Source: an uncultured bacterium
GTDB taxonomy: Bacteria; Bacillota_I; Bacilli_A; RF39; UBA660
Reading direction: 5' to 3'
Length of the DNA stretch: 64,000 nt
NCBI GenBank assembly: GCA_905216155.1
Contig: CAJMSU010000001.1
Coordinates: 8,412 to 72,411, forward strand
Shown here: in pieces, positions 1 through 7,460 of the stretch
Numbering within the stretch: the stretch's first letter is position 1
Layout: every line of letters starts with the position of its first letter
Notes under the pieces: model-generated
What the model saw: only the letters and a program-made list of their open reading frames with translations
The model's database searches: none
Told to the model about the DNA's origin: nothing
Position numbers and translations under genes: made by a program

Positions 1-87
1 CATAATGTCCATTTTGCTTTCCTTTATTAGGTGTAAAAGTAAATCTAGTGGACCTTCAAATTCATTTATTTTAAATTCTATATTCAT
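1..87 (-). CDS. scpA: Segregation and condensation protein A (ScpA), first 29 codons only; gene runs off the window start
   Basis: Minus-strand translation from ATG 87..85 gives MNIEFKINEFEGPLDLLLHLIKESKMDIM. The FEGPLDLLLHLI motif is the typical ScpA N-terminus. Confidence 0.7.
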   Translation of the reverse strand, partial: MNIEFKINEFEGPLDLLLHLIKESKMDIM

Positions 88-323
88 ATACTCACTTCCA
101 GACTTATACATTTATTGTACTAAATTATGCTGGAAATGTCTATAAATCAACATAATTAAAAGTATTATAAATAAAATATGATATGATATAATATATGTAA
201 TTAATTATTACTACTCTTTTTTTAGAGTAATATTATATTTTATTTATAACTATATATATTTTTATTTTATAGGTGCACATTAAGTGATGAAAAAGATATA
301 AGAGAAAGAAAGGTTAAAGTAAT

Positions 324-1133
324 ATGAAGCAAGAAAAAGTAAAATTAATTAAAGGTAAAAAGATGCATTTTATAGGTAAATATCAGATACTTAAAAATAG
401 AGATGACTATTATAAATTATTTGATAAATATTTTGGAATGAACTGTATGGATGATAGGGTTTTTATATCTTATGAAATAGGTTATAAAGAAAAAAATATT
501 AAGTGTTTTATTGGTAAAGTATTAAGTGATCAAGCATTTGAATATTCTGATAAGAAATTTAGAAAACTTGATTTGGATGATAATGGGAAAATAAATTCAT
601 TTTTATATGTTAAAACTTGTAATGTTCGGGATGGTTATAAAGAAATTATAGAATATGCTAATAAATTTAATATTCAAATTAGAGGTGCATTTGTAGAGGT
701 TACTTCAGCAAAAAATAAACTGGTAGAAATATTTGTTGAGGCGTATGATTTAAATGTAGAAAATAAGGATGAGATAAAGTTTAGATATGAAAAATTAAAT
801 AATATTAGTAATAGACATGATAAAAAATATATAGGTAGATGGATAATGCAAGGTGAAATTGTTGAACTTATAAAAGATTTTAAGCCTAGAGTTAGACATG
901 AAATACCAAATGGTGCAAAAGTTATTTTGGAATTACATGAAGATGGGTCTACTAATTATGATAATATTACCTGGAAGGAGAATTATTTAATAATGAATGA
1001 TGATGGAACTATATATTTAGATTATTTAAATGCTCCTAAAAAATATTTATTTAAAACTTATATGACTGTTTTAATTAATAGAAAAGAATCCAATGCTAGG
1101 CCTTTAAAATGTTATTATAAGAAGGTGAAATAA
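324..1133 (+). CDS. Hypothetical protein; N-terminal half resembles a GyrI-like/effector-binding domain, C-terminal ~110 aa unassigned
   Basis: 269-aa ORF. Its stop overlaps the next start (TAATG at 1131..1135). The domain call rests only on by-eye pattern similarity. Confidence 0.45.
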   Translation: MKQEKVKLIKGKKMHFIGKYQILKNRDDYYKLFDKYFGMNCMDDRVFISYEIGYKEKNIKCFIGKVLSDQAFEYSDKKFRKLDLDDNGKINSFLYVKTCNVRDGYKEIIEYANKFNIQIRGAFVEVTSAKNKLVEIFVEAYDLNVENKDEIKFRYEKLNNISNRHDKKYIGRWIMQGEIVELIKDFKPRVRHEIPNGAKVILELHEDGSTNYDNITWKENYLIMNDDGTIYLDYLNAPKKYLFKTYMTVLINRKESNARPLKCYYKKVK

Positions 1134-1435
1134 TGAAAAAGTTTAATGAATTAGATGAAGATTTTGTATGTGAATATTGCCATAGTGAGGTTAGTCCTTT
1201 AATATATTCTTCAAGGGATCATTGTCCAATATGTTTGTATTCAAAACATGTTGATATAAATCCTGGAGATAGAAAAAATAATTGTAAGGGACTATTAAAA
1301 CCAATTGGTATAGAAAAATTTAGAGATACATATAAAATATTATATAAATGTGAAAAATGTGGACAACTTCATAAAAATATTATGGCAAAAGATGATGATA
1401 TGAATAAAATTATTGAAATTTCTAACATAAAATAA
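1133..1435 (+). CDS. RNHCP domain-containing zinc-ribbon protein
   Basis: 100 aa. SRDHCPICLYSKHVD matches the RNHCP signature, and there are CxxC pairs CEYC, CPIC and CEKC. Translationally coupled to the upstream ORF. Confidence 0.75.
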   Translation: MKKFNELDEDFVCEYCHSEVSPLIYSSRDHCPICLYSKHVDINPGDRKNNCKGLLKPIGIEKFRDTYKILYKCEKCGQLHKNIMAKDDDMNKIIEISNIK

Positions 1436-1462
1436 ATCTCTACTGTAAAGTGTAGAGATTTT
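1434..1462. terminator. Bidirectional intrinsic terminator between convergent genes
   Basis: Perfect 10-bp stem aaatctctac (1434..1443) / gtagagattt (1452..1461) with an 8-nt loop. It has a T-run on the plus strand and an A-run upstream. Confidence 0.8.
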
Positions 1463-1463
1463 A

Positions 1464-1814
1464 TTAATTTTTAGGTTTAAAAATCAGGGCAAATATGAAT
1501 GAAAAGATAATTGCAGATGTTATTCCTGTTGCTGTTAGATCAAACATACCCATTAATATTCCAACTATACCATATTGATTTGCTTTAGCTAGAGCACCAT
1601 GAATTAGGGAATGACCAAAACTTGTTATTGGAACCATTGCTCCTCCACCTACTACTTTTATGATTTTATCATATATACTAAATGAATCTAAAAAAGCTCC
1701 TATTACTACTAATATACTGGTAATGTGCCCTGGTGTTAACTTTGAATTATCTAAAATTATTTGTGATATCATACAAATAAATCCACAAAATAGAAATGAA
1801 TTAAAAAGTAACAT
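1464..1814 (-). CDS. spoVAE: Stage V sporulation protein AE (SpoVAEB-type membrane protein)
   Basis: 116-aa polytopic protein, third gene of a spoVAC-AD-AE arrangement. Its start overlaps the spoVAD stop. Confidence 0.85.
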   Translation of the reverse strand: MLLFNSFLFCGFICMISQIILDNSKLTPGHITSILVVIGAFLDSFSIYDKIIKVVGGGAMVPITSFGHSLIHGALAKANQYGIVGILMGMFDLTATGITSAIIFSFIFALIFKPKN

Positions 1815-2806
1815 TATACTACCTCCAAACTTATAGCATTAGCTATAGAATAAATATTTTCTTTTTGATAAACCATAGTTGGTGAAAACAAGGCACCTGT
1901 TGCTACTAATAGAACTTTCTTTAATTTTTTTTGTTTTAGTTCATTATAAACGTATCCATAATTTACTAATGCACTACATACTGGTCCACTTCCACCGGCA
2001 AGGCATTCTTCTTGATTATTTAAATCATATAACATTACACCACAATCATTATAGTTTTTTGATAAATCTAATTTGTATTCTTTTAACATGAATTCTTTTA
2101 CTATTTCTTTACCATATTTTCCAAGATCACCAGTTAGAATTAAATCATAATAATCTGGTGTTCTTTTTGTTGCTTCTAAATGTCTTTTTATGGTATCTAT
2201 TGCTGCTGGTGCCATCACTCTTCCCATATCATTAGGGTCGTTTTGTTCAAAATCTATTATTTTACCAATAGTTGAACTTTCAACTTTTATATCTGTTTTT
2301 TTATTTGTTAATAAAATTGATGCTGCTCCTGTTGCTGTAAATGTTGCACTTTGTGGTTTTGGTGCACCATATTCAGTTGGATTTCTAAATTGTTTTTCTG
2401 ATGTCATATTATGTGATGATACTGTAACAATAGCGTTTTTTATTTTTTTAGAATCTATTAGACTACTGGCAATTATCATACCTTCTACACTAGTACTACA
2501 AGCACCATATATTCCCATGAATGATTTTGAATATCCCACTGCTCCATATGTAGTTGCTGCTATTTGATTTAATAGATCTCCACCTACTAATAATTCTACT
2601 TCTCCTTTTTTTAATCCGGCTTTTTTGTTTAACATATCTAAATTATCTTTTACCAATTTAATTTCTGATTTTTCCCATGAATCTTCTCCAAAGTATAAAT
2701 CTTGATATGTTTTATCATAGTATTTTTTTAATGGTCCATCTTTTTCATATGGTCCTGCTACTGTTGCTGTTTCTTGTACATAAACATTGTCATATTTAAA
2801 TGTCAT
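1814..2806 (-). CDS. spoVAD: Stage V sporulation protein AD (thiolase-like fold)
   Basis: 330 aa with a conserved SpoVAD-like sequence (MTFKYDNVYV...GPYEKDGPL...GACST). Flanked by spoVAC and spoVAE with overlapping stops and starts. Confidence 0.9.
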   Translation of the reverse strand: MTFKYDNVYVQETATVAGPYEKDGPLKKYYDKTYQDLYFGEDSWEKSEIKLVKDNLDMLNKKAGLKKGEVELLVGGDLLNQIAATTYGAVGYSKSFMGIYGACSTSVEGMIIASSLIDSKKIKNAIVTVSSHNMTSEKQFRNPTEYGAPKPQSATFTATGAASILLTNKKTDIKVESSTIGKIIDFEQNDPNDMGRVMAPAAIDTIKRHLEATKRTPDYYDLILTGDLGKYGKEIVKEFMLKEYKLDLSKNYNDCGVMLYDLNNQEECLAGGSGPVCSALVNYGYVYNELKQKKLKKVLLVATGALFSPTMVYQKENIYSIANAISLEVV

Positions 2807-3246
2807 ACTCCACCTCCTATTATGAATCTAATCATTCCAAAAAACCAGGCTGATACAACACCATATAAAATTACTGATCCGGCTAATTTAAAAATATTAG
2901 ATCCTATTCCATATATTGGTCCTTCTTTTCTATAGTCAAGAGCAGAACTTGTCATTGAATGTGCAAAACCAGTTATGGGAATTAAAATACCACATTTAAA
3001 CTTTGTTACTAATTTATCAAAGAAACCAAGAGCTGTACAAAATGAGGCTATGAATATTAAAATAATTATCATAAATGTTGAAGATTCTGTTCTTGATATT
3101 TGAAAGTAATGACAAATTATTTCTATTATGGCCTCTCCTAACATTCCAATTAATCCACCTACAATAAATGCAATAATTGCATTTTTTATTCTTCTTTCTT
3201 CTGCTTTATTACTATCTGCTATTTTTTCATATTTTATATTTTTCAT
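2803..3246 (-). CDS. spoVAC: Stage V sporulation protein AC
   Basis: The AFIVGGLIGMLGE region is typical of SpoVAC. Start moved to MKNIKYEK (ATG 3246), giving ~147 aa. The track ORF extends to 3315. Confidence 0.85.
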   Translation of the reverse strand: MKNIKYEKIADSNKAEERRIKNAIIAFIVGGLIGMLGEAIIEIICHYFQISRTESSTFMIIILIFIASFCTALGFFDKLVTKFKCGILIPITGFAHSMTSSALDYRKEGPIYGIGSNIFKLAGSVILYGVVSAWFFGMIRFIIGGGV

Positions 3247-3324
3247 ATATATATCACCAGTAATATTATTGGTAATTTTTTTATTTTCATACAAAAAAAG
3301 ATTGATTATTATCAACCTTTAACT

Positions 3325-4779
3325 TTATTTTGATCTTTTTGGCATAACTGGATTTTCTTTTTTATTATCACCTGACATTTGTCTTAATGCTGATATTAGT
3401 TCCATTCTTTTTATATCAGTATCTATTTTGTTATTATTTTTAATGTTACTTACATTTTTGTTTTGTTCAATCTCATTAATAAGTTTTTGTCTTTCTTGTT
3501 GCTTTAATATTTCAATTTCACTTTCATCATAAAATATAGCTTTTAATAATCTTTCTTCTTTTCTTTCTGGATATTTGTCTTTTACTATACTTTCTATTAA
3601 ATCAACATTTAATGGATATTTTTCATGATCTATTGAATGCTCTACTCTTCTTACTTGATATAATATATCAATAAATTTTGATTTATCTATCTCTTTAGAT
3701 AATATGCTATTTAGTTGTGCTATAACTTTATTTATATCATCTTCAGTAATATTAGTACCTTTTTCTAAATATTTTTTAATTTGTTTGCATTTTTCTACTT
3801 TATCATTTTGATTAAGATTTCCAAATATCTCAATACTTTTTTTTGCAAAAAATAAGCTTTCATTTTTCTCAACAAATAATGGTACTTGCATTTCTCTTAA
3901 CTTTATTAATCTTTCATATATTCCCATAATGCCTTGATATTTACTTGGTTCTAGATCTGATAATTGTTTATATTTAATTGCAAATATAATTGAATTCATA
4001 AATGTTTCATAACTATTTAAAAATGAATTATTTTCTTTCTTTTTACTTCCCCAAGTTACATCTGTTTCATATACTCCTGATATATCATATTTATTATCAT
4101 TTATATATATAATATTTGACATATGACTAGTATGTTTTGATTCATTAATATGATTATATATAACTGTATCAGTTTTTATTCCTAATTCATTTAAAATAGC
4201 AGAATATATTTGCGAAAAACCTGCACATACAATTTCTTCACTATTGTATACTTCACTTAGTGATCTTGATTTACTAATATTATTGCTTGTTGTTGCTTTG
4301 TATGTTCTTTCCCTTGTCAAATCATATACGAACATAGCAGTTTCTATTTTTGATAAGTTAAAATGTTTTACATATTTTTTTATATTATTTACATAGTTTA
4401 GCATATCTATAACTTTATCACCATTTACATAATCATAATAATTATATTTTGTTCTATAATTAGTTCTATCATTTAATAAATTACTTTTTATTATGCCAAT
4501 AATTTTTTCATTTTCTATATCTTTAAAATTACAATATTTAATATTATTTTTTAATGCATTTATAATTTCAATATAGTCATCTGGCAAATATTCTATATTT
4601 AAATAAATATCATTAAACTTTGTTAAATTTGTTTGTAACAGTTTTTCTACATCTTTATAACTTGATATATTAGTTATATTATCTTCTGATACTTCATCTA
4701 GTAGTTCTATATTATATATTTTTCCGTTATCTTTTGACTTTCTATCAATTAAATTAATAAATAAATTTTCCTTAGACAT
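3325..4779 (-). CDS. Cytoplasmic transglutaminase-like (Cys-His-Asp) domain protein with a long helical C-terminal region
   Basis: 484 aa with no signal peptide. The core VCAGFSQIYSAILNELGI...HTSHMSNIIYI...YETDVTWG fits the transglutaminase-like cysteine protease motif (C...H...D). Confidence 0.55.
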   Translation of the reverse strand: MSKENLFINLIDRKSKDNGKIYNIELLDEVSEDNITNISSYKDVEKLLQTNLTKFNDIYLNIEYLPDDYIEIINALKNNIKYCNFKDIENEKIIGIIKSNLLNDRTNYRTKYNYYDYVNGDKVIDMLNYVNNIKKYVKHFNLSKIETAMFVYDLTRERTYKATTSNNISKSRSLSEVYNSEEIVCAGFSQIYSAILNELGIKTDTVIYNHINESKHTSHMSNIIYINDNKYDISGVYETDVTWGSKKKENNSFLNSYETFMNSIIFAIKYKQLSDLEPSKYQGIMGIYERLIKLREMQVPLFVEKNESLFFAKKSIEIFGNLNQNDKVEKCKQIKKYLEKGTNITEDDINKVIAQLNSILSKEIDKSKFIDILYQVRRVEHSIDHEKYPLNVDLIESIVKDKYPERKEERLLKAIFYDESEIEILKQQERQKLINEIEQNKNVSNIKNNNKIDTDIKRMELISALRQMSGDNKKENPVMPKRSK

Positions 4780-4871
4780 AGTTACACCTCTGGCTTATTC
4801 TATCATAATAATTATTTATTAACAATTAATATTATATAAATACAAAAAAATTTATAAAAATAATGATATTT

Positions 4872-5507
4872 TTATAAATTGCTTTTTAATTTTTGTAATA
4901 TTTTGGTTTCTTTTCTTGATACTTGTACTTGACTTATTCCTAGGTGCTTACTAGTTTCTTTTTGAGTTAATTCATTAAAATATCTATCTATTATTAATTC
5001 TTTTTCTTCTTCTTTTAAATTCATTAATTCATTTTTTAAATCTAGAATATCTGGTCTTGTTGTTTTATCCTCTGTTTTTATGGAGTTATATAATTCATAA
5101 CTTTCATCGTCATAAGAATAATCTAGGCTTTTTACTTTTTCTGTTGCTAATTGGGCTTCTTTTATTTTTTCCTCTTCTATTTCTAAGAATTGTGATAATT
5201 CTTTAATAGTTGGTTCTTTTTTTAATCTTTGTCTCATTATATCTTTGGCTTTTTCTATACTTTTATTTAATTTAATTAATTCTCTACTTATTTTTATTGT
5301 ACTTGATTCTCTTATATACTTTTTTATTTCACCTATTATATAAAAATATGCATATGTTGAAAATTTTACATTTAGTTTCTTATCATAGTTTTTGTAGGCA
5401 TTTATAAGTCCAAGCATTCCTACTTGGTACATATCATCTTTATCAAAATTTGAATATTTTCTTATTATGCTATAAATTAAATTTTCGTATTGTAGTATTT
5501 CTTCCAT
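4872..5507 (-). CDS. sigF: Sporulation-type RNA polymerase sigma factor (SigF-like)
   Basis: 211 aa. Region 2 is FSTYAYFYIIGEIKKYIRES and region 4.2 is HLGISQVQVSRKETKIL (GISQVQVSR is typical of SigF/SigG). Sits between a STAS gene and the spoVA operon. Confidence 0.8.
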   Translation of the reverse strand: MEEILQYENLIYSIIRKYSNFDKDDMYQVGMLGLINAYKNYDKKLNVKFSTYAYFYIIGEIKKYIRESSTIKISRELIKLNKSIEKAKDIMRQRLKKEPTIKELSQFLEIEEEKIKEAQLATEKVKSLDYSYDDESYELYNSIKTEDKTTRPDILDLKNELMNLKEEEKELIIDRYFNELTQKETSKHLGISQVQVSRKETKILQKLKSNL

Positions 5508-5517
5508 TTTAAATCTC

Positions 5518-5856
5518 CTATATTTTTAAATATTTAAATGCATCTTGTTCTTCATTTACATAAAATAGTTTATCTTTTGATGTTCCAATTACTCTTTTTT
5601 GGAGTTTATTTACACCACACATTACTACTTGTCCACAACTTAAAAATATCTCAGTTAATATATTTTGAAATTTAGTAAATATATTTTGATCTATGTTATC
5701 TAAATTTTTAAAATTTAATACATAATAATGAATTCCTTGTTTATATAATAAATAATTTAATTCATCATAAAAAGTATTTATTGTACTACTATTTAAATTA
5801 CCTTCTAATCTTATAAAAATTATGCCTCTATTTACTTGGGTTGTAATTTCTAGCAT
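5518..5856 (-). CDS. spoIIAA: STAS-domain anti-anti-sigma-like protein (SpoIIAA-like) lacking the phosphorylatable Ser
   Basis: 112 aa. It aligns by eye over its length with B. subtilis SpoIIAA. The DSSG phospho-site is replaced by DQNI. It ends 10 nt upstream of sigF. Confidence 0.7.
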   Translation of the reverse strand: MLEITTQVNRGIIFIRLEGNLNSSTINTFYDELNYLLYKQGIHYYVLNFKNLDNIDQNIFTKFQNILTEIFLSCGQVVMCGVNKLQKRVIGTSKDKLFYVNEEQDAFKYLKI

Positions 5857-5908
5857 ATTTATTCACCTCTATAAAAATATAGAACATAATTAGTATTTTT
5901 TATACCTT

Positions 5909-5951
5909 TTCGACAAAACATGTCATTTATTTCATTCGATTTTATTCGACA
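5909..5951 (-). promoter_or_regulatory. Two perfect Spo0A boxes (TGTCGAA) upstream of the spoIIAA-like/sigF operon
   Basis: The reverse complement of 5909..5915 and of 5945..5951 is TGTCGAA (contexts gTTTTGTCGAAAAgg and tTTTGTCGAAtaa). A CGAA half-site lies at 5935..5941. The boxes sit about 55 and 90 nt upstream of the start codon. Confidence 0.6.
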
Positions 5952-5975
5952 AAAAAAGACTAGCTGTAGTCTTTT
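5951..5975 (-). terminator. Intrinsic terminator of the 79-aa gene
   Basis: 9-bp stem aaaagacta (5954..5962) / tagtctttt (5967..5975) with a 4-nt loop. A U-run follows in the minus-strand transcript. Confidence 0.75.
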
Positions 5976-6199
5976 AATTTAATAAGTTCTTCTTTATTTA
6001 ATCCAGTTGATTTTTTTATTATTTCTATATCTATATTGTTTTCTAGTAAGTGTTTTGCGATTTCTAGAGATTTTTCCTTTTCTCCTGCTTCTTTTCCTAT
6101 TTCATAATATTCTTCTTGAAGAGCCATTTCTTTATCATAACTTTCTCCAAAATATTCATCATCCATTACTTTTTCTACTTCTTCCATATACTCTTCCAT
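5960..6199 (-). CDS. Small acidic protein (79 aa) equivalent to the C-terminal tail of Rpn/YhgA-like (transposase_31) nucleases; possible orphan RpnS-like protein
   Basis: Strong RBS (aggaggtataaatataATG). The C-terminus KSLEIAKHLLENNIDIEIIKKSTGLNKEELIKLK resembles the conserved tail of Firmicute Rpn-family proteins. Degenerate paralogous copies lie at 46990..47228 and 57815..57840. Confidence 0.55.
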   Translation of the reverse strand: MEEYMEEVEKVMDDEYFGESYDKEMALQEEYYEIGKEAGEKEKSLEIAKHLLENNIDIEIIKKSTGLNKEELIKLKDYS

Positions 6200-6209
6200 T
6201 ATATTTATA

Positions 6210-6288
6210 CCTCCTATTACAAAAAAATATATTGAATAAATCTATCCAATATATTATTATCTTTTTGTTTTTGTTTTCCTTTTAATTT
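6210..6288 (-). repeat. Conserved ~80-nt hairpin-terminator/RBS block, copy 1 of 3
   Basis: Near-identical to 47529..47608 and similar to 57851..57931. The stem is 6226..6236 / 6245..6255, followed by a U7 run on the minus strand. Confidence 0.85.
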
Positions 6289-7221
6289 TTATTGTTTTTT
6301 GAATAACTTTTTGATATTTTCCTTTGGCATTAACATTTTTGATGTTTTATCTACTTTGAATGTAAACTTTTTATTATTAGATTTATATTCTTCACCATCT
6401 ATACACCAAGAAGTCTTTGGTTTGTTTAGAAATTCTATTTCTAGATTATTAGTTTGATAATATGTAATACCTGGTACTTTCTTTAAATCTCTTGTTGTTG
6501 CTTGAACCATCATTTTTAGTATTTCTCTTTTTGTTCTTGGGTTTGCTAAGGCAACCTCAAACATATTATCATCTAACTTTATATCATAATATATATCATC
6601 AACACCTGCTACTCGTGATGAATTTGTTATAAATATAAATGAAAACTTTCCTTCATAATTTTTACCATCTATTTTATATTTTATATTATACATATTGGTT
6701 TTATTTTTTAATTGTTTTAATCCATACATTATATATGCTAGTTTTCCATATTTTTTCTTTAGGGATCTTGGCGTATTATATGCCATATCTATAAAATCTC
6801 CAAGACATGCAACATAAACAAATGGGGTATTATTTATATAACAAACATCTATATTTTTTTCTACTCCGGTTAGTAATAACTCTAGATTTTTTTGGTAATT
6901 TTTGGTATATCCAAACATATTGGCTACGTCATTAGTTGTTCCCATAGGAAGATTGGCAAGAACTAAATGATTTTCTCTTAACATATTTCCTGTTACAACT
7001 TCATTTAAAGTACCATCTCCACCGGCACTTATTACTAAGTCTACATCATCATCTAATTCTTTAACAATTTTAGTTGCATCTTTTTTTTGCTTTGTATATT
7101 TAATCTCTGCATCATATCCATGTTTTCTTAAAATGTCATAGAAATCTTTTTTATTATCTAATTTTTTTACTTTTCCACTTTCGGGGTTCATTATGATTAT
7201 ACATTTTTTCAAAATAATCAA
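6289..7221 (-). CDS. dagK: Diacylglycerol kinase family lipid kinase (DagK/YegS-like)
   Basis: 310 aa with the GGDGTLNEV catalytic-domain motif and the NPESGK N-terminal motif. Confidence 0.85.
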   Translation of the reverse strand: MIILKKCIIIMNPESGKVKKLDNKKDFYDILRKHGYDAEIKYTKQKKDATKIVKELDDDVDLVISAGGDGTLNEVVTGNMLRENHLVLANLPMGTTNDVANMFGYTKNYQKNLELLLTGVEKNIDVCYINNTPFVYVACLGDFIDMAYNTPRSLKKKYGKLAYIMYGLKQLKNKTNMYNIKYKIDGKNYEGKFSFIFITNSSRVAGVDDIYYDIKLDDNMFEVALANPRTKREILKMMVQATTRDLKKVPGITYYQTNNLEIEFLNKPKTSWCIDGEEYKSNNKKFTFKVDKTSKMLMPKENIKKLFKKQ

Positions 7222-7236
7222 CTCCTTAATAGCTAT

Positions 7237-7327
7237 ATTATAACATTATTCTGAGAAAATTATAGAACATTATTCTGAAAAATGTATGAAATTATTAAAA
7301 TATCTTTATTTTATTAAACTTATTCTG
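7237..7327 (-). promoter_or_regulatory. Candidate dagK promoter (-10 TATAAT) with phased direct repeats
   Basis: TATAAT is the reverse complement of 7237..7242. TCAGAATAATGTT occurs twice (reverse complement of 7242..7254 and of 7266..7278, period 24 nt). A variant CAGAATAAGTT lies at 7317..7327. There is no good -35 element. Confidence 0.35.
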
Positions 7328-7425
7328 TTATTTTATTTATTAATTAACATATGGTTTATATAATATGAACTAAATAAACGATATATCATTTTAGTTAACA
7401 AAATAAAATATTGATTTTCATTATC

Positions 7426-7460
7426 AAAAGAATGGATTAAATTATACTGTTTAATCCATT
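7426..7460 (-). terminator. Intrinsic terminator of the GH25 gene
   Basis: Perfect 10-bp stem aatggattaa (7431..7440) / ttaatccatt (7451..7460) overlapping the stop codon. CUUUUG follows on the minus strand. Confidence 0.65.

Noticed and set aside
1879-2567. Plus-strand ORFs 1879..2091 and 2190..2567, and many similar 60-130-aa ORFs antisense to long genes (for example 3128, 8232, 14185, 17131, 19345, 20453, 22728, 23918, 31280, 32561, 58708, 59632, 63340).
   Set aside because: All lie inside well-supported genes on the opposite strand. They encode low-complexity Leu/Ile/Phe/Ser-rich peptides and lack ribosome-binding sites. This is expected by chance in very AT-rich DNA, where the antisense frames have few stop codons.
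3264-3292. Possible SigG-type promoter (GTATG-17-AATAATA) upstream of spoVAC.
   Set aside because: The predicted transcription start would fall on or after the ribosome-binding site of spoVAC. The -10 element also deviates at the conserved C. This is not convincing without a position weight matrix score or 5' end data.
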